The position numbers and the translations under genes were made by a program. From Octopus sinensis (Eukaryota): a stretch of DNA of 64,000 bases. Under the pieces are notes generated by a model. That model was not told where the DNA came from, did no database searches, and saw only the letters and a list, made by a program, of their open reading frames with translations. Of this stretch, positions 42,577-56,013 are shown piece after piece (the first letter of the stretch is position 1; each line of letters opens with the position of its first letter). The stretch spans positions 32,748,464-32,812,463 of the forward strand of contig NC_043011.1 in the NCBI RefSeq assembly GCF_006345805.1. The letters run 5' to 3'.

Positions 42577-43078
42577 CCCATAGGCAGAGTGTTTCATTAG
42601 AATTATGGTAACAAAAGGGTTAAAGACATTAGGTTGTTTGTTTGAAGACAATTTGACTGTTACAATGAACTGCTAGAGCTGTACTAGTGAACCTGCCCCT
42701 TCTGGCTAATTTTTACATTCTTGTACATATTTAGTTATTTTATTAAATATTTTTACTAAACATTTTTATTAAATATTTTCCTTGGGCTTTTGGACTTCAA
42801 TTAGCTGATATTTTTTTTTTTACAATCAACAATGTTTTTTTTTTTCCTGTGACTATCTCTGTTTATCTCCGTTTCTTCTCTTTCTCTTTCTCTGTCTTTT
42901 AACTGTCTTTATGCATGCATGTATGTGTGTGTGTGTGTATGTGTCTGTGTGCGCTTGTGTCTGTGCATGCATGAGTATGTGTGTGTGTTTGGTGTGTATG
43001 CGTGTGTGTGTGCATACATATTCAGCAAATATTTGCACATGTGGTAAATGTTCTATAGCGTGAAGTGTGTGTGTGTGT

Positions 43079-43305
43079 CTGTTTGTTATTTCTTTATTAC
43101 CCACAAGGTGCTAAACATAGAGGGGATAAACAAGGACAGACAAAGGGATTAAGTCGATTACTTTGACCCCTGTGCGAAACTGGTACTTAATTTATTGACC
43201 CCGAAAGGATGAAAGGCAAAGTCGAACTCGGCGGAATTTGAACTCAGACGAAATACCGCTAAGCATTTTACCCGGGGCGCTAGCATTTCTGCCTGCTCAC
43301 CACCT
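43079..43305 (-). mobile_element. SINE family C copy
   Basis: Reverse complement of the 14590 element; more minus copies at ~13885-14040, 41160-41600 (two in tandem) and 56740-57445 (split by a family A copy). Confidence 0.85.
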
Positions 43306-43764
43306 TAGAAAGGTGTGTTTGTGTACATGTGTTGCAAATGTTTTGCACATGTGGCAAATGTGTCATGCAGTTGTATGTGTGCGTATGCATGTTGTTTTTT
43401 TAGCTCTACTTCAGCCCTAGTCTGAAGTAGAGTTCAAATCATACCAAGGGTGAGTTGACTTTTTATCTTTCCAGGGTCAGTGAAAATTAAAACAACAAAC
43501 AAGTAGTGCTTTTAAATCTCTTTAACAATTCACAATAATGACTTTTATTACTTTTATTCCTACCTCAGTTCATATAATTGTATATATCTATTGTTAATTT
43601 TCACAAAAAGCCTTTACTTTTTTTGATTTCTAGTGTGCATTTTCGCTTATTTTACTTCTTACTTTCTCCTTATATATTTATATATATATATATATATGTA
43701 TGTGCCATGATAGATCGTAAGCTCCTACACGCATTTTTTTCTCTCCTTGTTTTTTTCTGTATAT

Positions 43765-43800
43765 CTTTATGTAGAAGAGCGTAGGCTCGAAACGTAAAAG
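43765..43800 (+). ncRNA. Minimal hammerhead-like motif
   Basis: CTTT-ATGTAGA-A-GAGC-GTAG-GCTC-GAAA-CG-TA-AAAG: perfect stems I and II, intact GAAA, altered CUGANGA box. Confidence 0.5.
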
Positions 43801-43900
43801 ACTTGTTCTATTTCTATTCCTGAGCGCCATACTAATACATTTGTTTGTTTGTACTCCACCTGCCTTCGTCTTTTGTTTATTTTCGTAAACCTCCCCGTTA

Positions 43901-43952
<52 letters not shown>

Positions 43953-44682
43953 TACACACATACATACATATATATATACACATACATTCATACATACATA
44001 CATACAAATATATGTACACAGGAATGTATTAAGTTGGGATAAGAGTTATGGTTAAGTATGCGTGTGTGTGTGTATGTGTGTATATATATAATATATATGA
44101 ACGTATAAGTATATACATACATGTATATGTGCATATAAATACACAGACACACACACACATATATATATATGATGGACTCTCCCGTCAAAGATGATGTATG
44201 AGTGTTCAACATTTGCCGAACGACCTGCCCAGATGATTTGCTTATAGTGATCAAATGCATGTGCCACACATTAGCTCCCTCTCTCCATCGAATCGACATT
44301 GTCTGAACAGGTGCACTGTGCACCATGTGTCACGTGTCAAAGTGGTTGTAGAGCAATGTGCAATGAAGTGTCTTGTTCAAGAACGCGACACACCACCTAG
44401 TCTAGTATTTGAAATCACAATCTAGCAATTGTAAGGGCAATGCCCTAACCACTAAGCCATGTGCCCTCACACACACACGCGTGCACACACACACGTGTGT
44501 GTGTGTGGGGGGGGGGGGGGTAATCCTTGAAATATTATTTATGCAATGCAGTCCTTATATTTGTTTACTTAATTGTAAAAATATTCTGTGAATATTTGTT
44601 GTGCAACAGCTAAGACTATGTATATCTATTTATCTATCTCTCTCTCTATATATATGTCTATATCTATATTTATATATATATA

Positions 44683-44830
<148 letters not shown>

Positions 44831-45805
44831 GTCTATATATATATATATATATATGTTGTACATGTTGTGTATATATATATATATATATATAGATATATAC
44901 ACACACACACATATACATTTGTGTGTGTGTGTGAATGTATGAATATAAATTCCATATACATGTATATTGTGTGTTTGTAGATGGTATATGCAGAGCAAAT
45001 TGAAAATCTAAATGTCTCCATAACCTTCTAGGTAATCCTCAGGGTCAATGCTTAGCTGTTGTTTTCTAGTTATCAGTGGATAACAAATAAATCTGATAAT
45101 CCTATCACAGATAATATGCCTATAAGACCCCTTTGCCTTTAAGAGCTTAATGAATCTGAGGTGTGTAAAAATTATAAAATGTATTCTTGCTTAAATAAAC
45201 TGCAAAAGACCTGCTATAGGCTGGAACTCAATACCTCATGACTTCAGAGTCCAGCAGTCTGCTTACTTTACCATTTTATTGCAATAATGAAGTGAAGGTA
45301 ATGCATAGCTGTGTGGTAAAGCGTTTGCTTCACAATCTCATGGCTCCATGTTCAATTCCTACTCCACAACTTTTTTGGACATATATTTTTTTTATTATAA
45401 ACTTGGTTGACCAATATTTTGTGTGTGAAAATTGGTAGTAAGCAAGTGTACAGATGCTCATGATGTATGTACCTTTATGTGTGTGTGTGTGTGTGCATAC
45501 TTGTATGTATGTGCTCAAGTGTCTGTACAGAGTTGTGTGTGTATGTGTGTGTGTGGATGAATGTTGATGGCTTCACATGAGCAAAAGGAGATGAATGATG
45601 TTTACATTCCTTGTTGGCATTATGGCCAATTGCTGTGTACTTTCAAAGGACTGGAATATAAAAAGAATTCCCTTACTTGAAAAACAGGTATAGGTTAGCA
45701 ACAGGAAGAGCATCCAGCCATAGATTCCTGCTTCAGATATGTACCACCACCACCAACAACAAACTATGCTAACATGAAAACAATGGACAGTAATCAAAGA
45801 ATGAA

Positions 45806-45969
45806 GAGCGGCTGTGTGGTAACTAGCTTGCTTACCAACCACATGGCTCCAGGTTCAGTGCCACGCAGTGAGACCTTGGGCAAGTGTCTTCTACTATAGC
45901 CTCAGGCCGACCAAAGCCTTGTGAGTGGATTTGTTAGACAGAAATTGAAAAAAGTCTGTCGTATATATG

Positions 45970-46000
<31 letters not shown>

Positions 46001-46221
46001 GTATGTGTGTGTATATGTTTGTGTGTCTGTGTTTGTCCCCCCAACATCACTTGACAACCGATGCTAGTGTGTTTACATCCCTGTAACTTAGCAGTTTGGC
46101 GAAAGAGACCGATAGAATAAGTACTGAGCTTACAAAGAATAAGTCCTGGGGATCGATTTGCTCGACTAAAGGTGGTGCTCCAGCATGGCCACAGTCAAAT
46201 GACTGAAACAAGTAAAAGAGT
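45806..46221 (+). mobile_element. SINE family A copy
   Basis: Matches family A from GAGCGGCTGTGTGG to GTAAAAGAG. Confidence 0.88.
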
Positions 46222-46771
46222 ATGTGTGTATGTATGTATGCATGTGTATGTGTGTGCATATGTATATCTCTCACTGACGTGTATCAGCAAAGCATGAATA
46301 TATTGGTAAAAAAAATAAGTTGCTTCTGAATGAAATCCTTTTCAGGAACAAAATTGTTTTTCACTATCAGAGAAGCTGTAAATTTGTGATTCAGCCAAAG
46401 GAAACCTGTAAGCAACAATACAATTTGTTCACCAATTTCAACGTAAAATTAATTCAAATTTAACTTATTTCCAATCATTTGGTTTGGTTTAAATGCAAGT
46501 GGAAGTGTGGCATCTTATGTAATTTAGACGAAGAGGTACCGGTTGCTATGGGATACTTACTGTTGGATTAGAGTAACAATGAAATAGTTTTAAGAACATT
46601 GAACCAGTTTGTTGTTTAGCCAAAAACTGCAGAATTTCCAGTGAGAGATATTTTTCTAAATAGTTGAATATCTTTTTTAAATTTTGGTCATGGGAACCTG
46701 TGATCCAAGCGATGTAACCTTTAATCTGTGTACTTGTGTACATGCACACATGTTTTACAGCTTATGTCTTT

Positions 46772-47395
46772 GCCATTCCTTTTACTCCATGTAGAGCATA
46801 GAGTGCTTACAAGAAATTTCAATCTGTCTCAACCTTTGGTAATGGGTTTCAACTGTCCCCAAGTGTAACCATTTGCCAGTGCTTCAGTTTCTGTGAACCT
46901 CCTCCATGTTGTTTTTGGTCTGTCATGTTTTCAGTACCCTTGAGGTGTCCATTGGAAGGCTATTTTTGTAATGTTAGAAACAGGTTTCTGTAGAAGATGT
47001 CCCAGCTAATCCTATTTCCTTCTTTTGATCTGGGTTGCCAAAGGTTTCTTTGGAAGCACATGGCCTATTGGTTAGAGCAGCGGACTCACGGTCAAGGGAT
47101 TGTGGGTTCGGATCTCAGACTGGGCAATATGTGTGTTTATGAGTAAAACACCTATGCTCCACACAGCTCCAGCAGAAGATAATGGCGAACTTCTGCTTTC
47201 TCTCACTCTTTCCTCCTGCATCTTGCAGCTCACCTGCGACGGACCAGCGTCCCATCCAGATGGGGAACCTATACGCCAAGGAAACCGGGAAACCGGCCCT
47301 TATGAGCCAGGCGTAGCTCGAGAAGGAACAAACAAAGGTTTCTGGTTTTCCTCTTCCCACGAGGCTTTGTTTGGAAGTCTATCTTGCCGTCTCAC
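46772..47395 (-). mobile_element. Decayed RTE-clade LINE 3' end split by a SINE
   Basis: After removing the SINE: NQKPLATQIKRRK*D*LGHLLQKPVSNITKIAFQWTPQGY*KHDRPKTTWRR...YTWGQL...LVSTLCS, colinear with RTE ORF C-termini. Confidence 0.85.
47050..47332 (+). mobile_element. SINE family E with 11-bp TSD
   Basis: CAAAGGTTTCT at 47039-47049 and 47333-47343. Confidence 0.9.
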
Positions 47396-50300
47396 CTGAA
47401 AGATGTTAACAAATTAGCACACTAAGGGAAAACTTTACTCATGTAAGTTTTTTAAGATGAAATCGAATTTTTTTGACTGAAGATGGATATCGACTGTGTA
47501 AAGTAAGACACAATTTGTACACAAGATAATTTCAGTGCACACAGTCACAGTAAAAATATTATTGGAATATTGGACACAAAGTGCTGTTCTATCTTGGATG
47601 GGAACTGTATTTCTTAGCAAGATTAACGTAGAGTTTGTAATTGTTTAAATCCAAAACATGTTCTAGTTCTGATAAGAAACCCAAGATTCTCTGAATAGAA
47701 ATCTTAATTCAAGACTGAAATAAGCTGAATGTCAGATATGCAGTAATCTGGAAGAAACTTGAATTAAAGACTCTATCAGTTTATCAGAAGAAAAAATAGC
47801 TTTTATTTTAAAATTTTTGCTTTGAAAACATTATATCATTATCATCATCAACATCATTTTCTTCATCATCCTGTTCTCTAATACTGATTTTTAACGCTGG
47901 TACAAGGCCAAAATTTTGGGAGAGGATATAGTTGATAGATCGATCCCATCCTTCCCTCAGTACTTGACTCATTTCTGGTACTTCATTTGATCAACCCCAG
48001 AAGAATGAAAATCAACATTAGCATTTGTAGGACTTGAAATCAAGACATAGAGAATTATAACAAGAAACTCGTCCTACTTTGGCCCTTTCTTTCATGCTTT
48101 TACCCCTCGTCACCTAAACTCAGATTTGAAACCTTGCACGCTACATGGTGACCTCACTAAAGCTGGTGCCATGCAAAAAGCACCCTGTACATGTTGTAAG
48201 GTGGTTAGCATTTAGAAGGGCATCCAGTGATTTAAACCATGCTAAAGCAGACACTGAAGCACAATGCAAACCCTTGTACCTCTCAGAGCCTATCAAGCTG
48301 TCCGACCCATGCCAGCATGGAATTACAGATGTTAAGAGGAAGAAGAGGAGGAGTTCTCCTGTTCTACCAATCCAACTAATCCAGTCCTTGAAATATTCCA
48401 CAAACCATTTTTTTTGCTTCTTGATTACTTCTCATCTTATATCTTGATATTTAATCTTATATCTTGATTCTAAAACCTTCCCCATCTTTCATCTAGATTT
48501 TTTTCTGTGATATCCTCTGCAATCTTACTGCTTTAATATACACAATGCTGTGTTCTGGCTTACGGAATAATTCATACATCAGTCACAGAACTCAATCGGT
48601 AATTGATCAGTAGTAATATAGCCGGTTGTCTCTTATATATATATATCAGTTTCTGTTTTCCCCCCATCTTGCTGAAAGGTTCTAACTCCTAGCCTTTATA
48701 AACATCCTTCCATTATTGGATAGATTCTTTTTTCCTGCATCACTCCTACTTTATTTCCTACAATCCTTTTATGTTGTTTCTGTATGATTACATAACATGA
48801 ATGATTTGTTATGTTTATGAACATAACACCCTGTAATATACTTCATATTTCTCCCTTTTTTCTTGCTTATTTCTCCTCCCGCTTCAAACAAAGTCAATCT
48901 AACTCTCGATATCAACTCATCGACTGATAAAATACTTAACTACCAATGTATAACGTGTGCTGCATTCTTCAAGGCTTTCTTTATTTTTTCCTCTGGGCAT
49001 AATGTGCTATAATTGCCAGCATATAAAATAAGCTTTTTCTGTTTTTAAACCCATAAAAAAATAGCTCTGTATCTAAAATAGCTGTATTACAGATAGGCCA
49101 AGTGTTGTAAGCTACAGACCCCAGAGGAGCATAAGTACACTTGGCACAATAATTGTTACTACTAATAATAATATATTGAAAACAAGCCAAACTGTCTCAG
49201 TCTGTTGGCACAAACAAAATTGAAGAGCAGTATAGATTGCTTGAAGCATCATGATAGAGAAGTAGAATAAAAAATGAAAAAAGAAAAGAAAAGAGCTTTT
49301 AACAATGCTGAGAGGAAAGTTGAAAAACCTTTTTATATTTGAGGCACAAAGGCCCATCTTCAGAAGGATATAGTTAACTAAAGTGAGTCTATGTAAACCC
49401 TGCCATTTGGATAGCTGAATGGACAGTTGTTAGTTCGGTGAGTATGACTGCAGCAGCTGTTTCCCAAAAGATGATATTGTTGGTGCCTGAAATATATAAA
49501 GGTTTTCCAACATTCTTCTCTGATTTGTTAGAGGCTCTCCATCTTTCCTTTTCTGTTTACAAAAACAATTGCTTGTTCATCGGTAGTAATGTGAAGCGGT
49601 CACATCATCTCATTGTGCCTCTTTCCTAAGCATACATGATCCACACCTAATGCATGTCTTACATTATTCAAAGACTGCGTTACATCTAAGAAGTTTTCTT
49701 CCCAACCACATGGCTCTGGATTCAGTCCCACTGTGTGACGCCTTAGGCAAGTGTCTTCTGCTATAACCTTGGATGGGTCAGAGCCTTGTGAGTAGATTTG
49801 GTAGATGGAATCTGAAAAAAGTCCATCGTGTGTGTGTTTTCCTCACCATTGCCACAACTCAGTAGCCAGTGTTGGTATGTATACATTCCCATAACTTAAC
49901 TGTTCAGCCAAAAAGACCGATAAAAAAAAATAGTATTGGGGATTGATTCATTCAACTAAAATAATTCTTCAAGGCAGTCTCCCAGCTTGGCCAGCCCACA
50001 GTCTAAAGACTGGAACATGTAAAAGATGAAAGATAAAAGACCCAAATGAAAAATTCTCCAAGAAGATGAATGGAGTGTTAATGAAACTTCATCCATTTGT
50101 CTGCTGTTTGCAATGAGTGGATGACAACAAAATCATAGTGATGGTGTGCACCCTGGTAGTCAACAGAGGTTACATAAAACATCACAGCCAGAAATATGAG
50201 TTTTATAGCCTGTATGACAATTCTCCTGAGCAAAATATCAACAGCCATACAGAAGAAATGAAAGAAGATAAAGCTGAAATACAATCTTACATAACATAGT

Positions 50301-50875
50301 TTATTCATGATAGATTTATAGTTTTATACTTTATTCCAGTATACTGTTACAGTATTATATTTACATTCACAGAATTATGCATTTTCCCTTATGAAACCAC
50401 TTTGAAATATCTTTCAGTGAATTTAGGATACAATATACTAAATTTGTTTTTGCTATGAAATATATTTGTAAAATAGGGGCGTATTTTGTGTGAGAGTATA
50501 TCTTAAAAGAGATCTCCTTTGGTCATGAAAGACCATGGGATTGCACCTAGAAAGTTCCCCTCTGAGGCACAAGTCTTGACAAGGTTGTTTACGGAAGACC
50601 AACAGTCGCCCAAGCATACCAACCTCCCCTCTCCGTGCCAGCAATGTAATCCAAGGGAAAGGCAAAAGCTGATATAGCTTGGCACCTGTGACGTCACAGC
50701 TGAGTGAACTGGACTGATGTGAAATAAAGTGACTTGCTCAAGAATACAACACAGAGTGCAGACCGGGAATCAAACTCACTACCTCATAATTGTGAGCCCA
50801 ATGCTCTAACCACTGGGCCATGTGCCCCCGCTGGTAAATATGGCATTTTACAGATACAATTTACTGAATTTAACA

Positions 50876-51282
50876 ATGGAATTTGTATCCTTGTGGTACC
50901 AGTGCCGGTGGCACATAAGAAAACCATCCGAACGGGACCGTAGCCAGTACCGCATCGACTGGCCCCGTGCTGTGGGCACATAACAAACACCATCCGATCG
51001 TAGCCGTTCGCCAGCCACGTCTGGCACCTGTGTCGGTGGCACATAAAAAACACCATCCGAGCGTGGCCGTCTGCCAGCCTCGTCTGGCACCTGTGTCGGT
51101 GGCACATAAAATCACCCACTACACTCTCGGAGTGGTTGGCGTTAGGAAGGGCATCCAGCTGTAGAAACACTGCCAGATCTGACTGGCCTGGTGCAGCCTT
51201 CGGGCTTGCCAGACCCCAGTTGAACCGTCCAACCCATGCTAGCATGGAAAGCGGACGTTAAACGATGATGATGATGATGATG
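50876..51282 (+). mobile_element. Family B copy with one fewer 63-bp internal unit than the 40407 copy
   Basis: Colinear with 40445-40916 apart from unit number. Confidence 0.85.
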
Positions 51283-52165
51283 AACAATTGGACATGCGAA
51301 CACTATAAATTTGCACACTTCTTTATCAGAGTCTCTTAAGCTTTTACATACAATTATTATTTTACCTTTTGCATGTCCTCATATAACACATGAGATATAC
51401 AGGACATACTTCCTTGATGTCCATGCATCATACATGATACACATTCTCAAATTTTTTTCCACCACCACAATAACTTGGAACTTACGAAATGAAAGCTTTA
51501 TATTATTCAGAACTTACGAATCATGGGCTAACTAAAAGTCTGAAAACACGGACGTCATTTAGGACAAACCTATAAAAACAATATTTTAGACAGGCAAAGA
51601 GTTAAAAGTCCAACAGGTCAATACCATACTCATTTCTAATATCGAATAGGTCATTACTACAGATAATCATAATTTCATTTGGTAGAATCTATTGTCTTTA
51701 ATATTATACCTTATGTCTAACATAGGCAAAAAGCCTCATGTTTTGAAGGCGTAGATATGTCGTTCATATTGATTCTGATATTTTATCAACCTCAGAAGGA
51801 TGAATAGTAAAGTTGGCTTTTTAACCTGGCTAGCTACAAAGTTTGCTAATCCACTGCCCTTATCATTGCTCATACATACATTTGCATATATATATGTATC
51901 AATTTAAAAACACATCGAAAAGAGCTACTAATAGTTTCATACTATTATGATACTTGAACTGGTATATTTATAAAATATGCCATGTATCTTAAAGCAATCT
52001 TTCAGGCTCTGTTTATGCATCATACATACATACATACATACATACATACATGCATACATACTCATAGAAATGGCCAGACAACAAAAGAATGAAAGAGACC
52101 TCGATATTATGTAAATAGAGGAATTCATCTGTAAATATGATATGTCACAATTATTCAGTAGCCAT

Positions 52166-52226
52166 GATAAAACTCCGAATTTTGGATGTTGGGACCGAAA
52201 CCCACACCAGCATCTCTTCAGTTATC
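52166..52226 (-). ncRNA. Type I hammerhead ribozyme-like fold, second copy
   Basis: GATAA-CTGAAGA-GATGCTGG...CCAACATC-C-AAAA-TTC-G-GAG-TT-TTATC; same length (61 nt) and architecture as 23824-23884. Confidence 0.65.
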
Positions 52227-52910
52227 AGACCATCGAAAAGTTACAGGGACGTAAACACACCAACATTGGTTGTCAAGCGATGGGGGGGGGGGGACAAACA
52301 CAGACACACACACACACATATACACAACAGGCTTCTTTCAGTTTCCGTCTACCAAATCCACTCACAAGGCTTTGGTTGGCCTGACGCCATGGTAGAAGAG
52401 ACTTGCCCAAGGTATCACGCAGTGGGACTGAACCTGGAACCTTGTGGTTGGAAAGCATATATATATATATTTTTTTTTTTTTACAAACACACATATATAT
52501 CTTCAACGGTGCAGGTAGTACTAAAAGAGACACCCCCAATCCATGCTGTGAAAATATGGCCAAAGCAAATATTGGAGTTCAATGTGGTCCTCGTGTAAAT
52601 CAGATCCTGTCAAACTGTCCAACCCATGTCAGTATGGAACATGGACGTTAAATGGCCACAACGACGATGATGATGACAGCGACGACAATGACAAAGATAA
52701 TGATGATGATGACGATGATGACGACAACAATGATGATGATGATGATGGTGATTCAATTTCCGCAGCAGAAGAACCATCTTTATAACCATAAGCATTCTAA
52801 TATTTCCCCGTCCACCAATTAAAGCTCGCACAACACAAGAAACTGAGTGGGAGTTGACGAGAAAAAGTGACACCTGCATTTGAGTAATATATTATTTATT
52901 TACCTTAGAA

Positions 52911-53226
52911 CATAGGTTCTCAAAGTGGGCGTTGAGATGGTCCAGGTGGGTGCTGGTGCCTAAGAAGACGGTGGAGATGGGACGATAGAGAAAAAGGAGG
53001 TGTTGGGAAGAAGACAGTGGATTGGGGGACACTATGTTTTTATTATAATATTATTATAGTATTGTATACAAATTATATAATATTATATTAAATATCAATG
53101 ATTCGTAGTATATATAAATCAGTCAAATATAAAATATTTATTTATACATAAAAATAGGGGTGGGGGCACTGAGGGTATTATGTGGCCACGAGGGGGGCAG
53201 TGGCCCAAAAAGTTTGAGAACCTCTG
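52911..53226. mobile_element. hAT-type MITE with perfect 8-bp TSD
   Basis: CCTTAGAA at 52903-52910 and 53227-53234; termini CATAGGTTCTCAAAG / AGTTTGAGAACCTCTG. Confidence 0.88.
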
Positions 53227-54093
53227 CCTTAGAAGAATCAAAGGTCAAGTTAACCTCAGTGGGATTATAAAACCAGAATAAATACCACAAGGCATTTGTC
53301 TAGTATACTAACAATTCTGCTAACTCATACTCCTTTGCTTTATCTTTTATTTCAGTCGTTAGACCATGGCCATGCTGGAGCACCACATTGAAGGGGTTAG
53401 TGAAACAAACCAACCCCCAGTGTTTAATTTTTATTGTGGCGGTCACCCCCAAGTGAGAAGTGGGCTGTTCCACTACTGATAAATGGTGGACAGACACAGC
53501 AAGCGGTGTCAGTCGGCGGAGTATGCCGTTCGGGCCAGTCACGCTGACGACAAAGTTATATCGTTATAATGTGGGACATATCGTATGCCTGGAGCTTTTT
53601 TTATCGATCTATTTGCCAAACTGCAAAGTTATAGGGATATAAACAAATCAACACCTGTTATCAAACTGCTTGGGGACAAACACACACACACACACACATA
53701 TACACACATATATGAGTGTACGTGTGTGTGTATGTGTGACAAGCTTCTTCACAGATTCTGTCTGCCACATCCACTCACAGGGCACAAGGTGATTTAGAGT
53801 TATAGTAGAAGACACTTGCCCAAGGTGCCACAGGATGGAACTGAACCTAAATCCATCCGATTACCAACAAAGCTTCATAACCACACAGCCATGCCTATAT
53901 TTGTTTAATACTTAATAACAGTTCTGATTTAAGCACAAGACCAACAATTATTAGGGGCTAGGGATGAGTCAATAATTCATTTTATTGACCTCTGGTGGTA
54001 TTAAAGCAGAGGTGCCCTCAGTGATATTTGATCTTAGAATACATAGAGCTGGAAAAAATTTTTTTGTTCACCATTTTTATATTTATTATATAT

Positions 54094-54372
54094 GTTGTTT
54101 GTTCCTTCCTGAGCCATGCCTGGCTCATAAGGGCCAGTTTCCTGGTTTCCTTGGCATATAGGTTCCCCACCTGGATGGGACGCTGGTGAGCTGCAAGGGT
54201 GAGAAAAAGTTGTAGCGAAGGAGTCAGCTGAAGTTCGCCATTACCTTCTGCCAGAGCCACGTGGAGCTTAGATGTTCATTCATAAACATACTCATCGCCC
54301 GGTCTGAGATTTGGACCAGCAATCCCGCGACCACGAGTCTGCTGCTCTAACCACTAGGCCATGTGCCTCCAC
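54094..54372 (-). mobile_element. SINE family E with TSD
   Basis: ATTTATTA(T/C)ATAT at 54081-54093 and 54373-54385. Confidence 0.85.
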
Positions 54373-54630
54373 ATTTATTACATATAATGGTTTCAAATTT
54401 TGGCACAAGATTAACAATTCTTTAGTGGGCTGTGGGTAGCGGCTTAGTCAATGACATTGACCCCAGTGTTCAACTGGTGCTTATTTTTATCAGCGGCGGC
54501 GGAAAATTTGTTGTAGAAGATGCAGCTAAATTTGAAAAAATTGTAATTGTTTGAAATAAATTTATTTAAAAAAAACAAGTCTTTTAAATTTAGGTGCGTT
54601 TTCAACAACAAATTTTCCTATATATATATA

Positions 54631-54677
<47 letters not shown>

Positions 54678-55201
54678 TATACTTCATTGCCTTACAGTTG
54701 TTTCTGCTATAAGATGCAGTGCAGTGAGCTTGTCGTTGAGTGTCTGAATAACATCCTATAGCTTCATCAGAGCTATCCATACAAGTAGCAGCGTTGTAGA
54801 AATAAAGTTGAAAATGCTCAGTGAGTATATGAAGATTTATTTAAACTAAAATTAAGTATATTAATTTTAATTCAAAATAGATTTTTATATATACTCTCTG
54901 TGCATTTATTTTACATATCATCATCATTTAATGTCTGTAGTCCATGCTGGCATGGCTGCTTTTATGTGGCACAGCACAGGTACTTTTACGTGGCACCACA
55001 CTTGTGCTTTTTTTCATGACACCACACAAGCACTTTTATGTGATATCGCATGGGCACTTTCACTTGGCAATGCCACAAGTGCTTTATGCCACTGGAATGA
55101 TTTGCTGTAGAGTACGTGTGTGTGTATAGGTATATATAGGTATATATATTTCGTTTTTAGATTTGATTTGCAAGATTCTTTATGTGCATTCATGTGTTGA
55201 A

Positions 55202-55244
<43 letters not shown>

Positions 55245-55980
55245 AACTTCAGGAAATAAAAGAAAACTACTTTTTTTTTCCTATCAGATCTGATAACTTC
55301 AGGCAGAAAATACTTTTTACAAGATATTCCCAGTTTAGCAAAACAAGAAAGAAATATGAAAAAAGTGCCGATTTCTATATCTTGTTTGCAATTGCTTTTC
55401 TTTGTACTTGTTCCAGTATTTAAATATCAATTTTAATGTCTCAAAATAGCAGAAATATCAAACTCGTTTTCCAGATTCTGACCATTGACAAATTTCTAGA
55501 AAATTCGTTATTGGCAATATTGTAGTTTCTAAACATGGCATGATTTATTATGAGACATTCTTTATTTTAATGGTTTCAGACATTTGGCTGTAGCTGGGAC
55601 ATGTCTTTTAAGGTTCTTAATTAATCATAGAAATCTCTGTCCTTATTTTATCAATCCTAATTACCGCATTTACTGGTGTAATTAAGTCACTCGATTTTAA
55701 CTGAAAAAGCTAAGATGTGGTTTATACAGGCGGCAAATCTGATGTCACATTTGAATACGAAGCGGAAAATATTTCTACCAAGATTTAATGCTAAATTTAG
55801 AATATACTAAGATTAATGCTTAGTCTGGAATGTACTAAGATTTAACACTAAATCTGGAATGTGACTTATACAAGAAGGCAACTTATACATGACTAAATAC
55901 ATAAGCTAAATTTTACTTTTTTTCAATAAATGGCTGCCAGTCGACTCACTATTTTATACGGGGTCATACAAACATAGAAG

Positions 55981-56013
<33 letters not shown>

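Noticed and set aside
46562-46727. Minus-strand open frame ending at a GTAAGT donor (…FLAKQQTGSMFLKLFHCYSNPT)
   Set aside because: Ambiguous acceptor, unrecognised peptide, and no partner exons found
54698-54820. Good acceptor and donor pair on the plus strand
   Set aside because: Stops in all three frames
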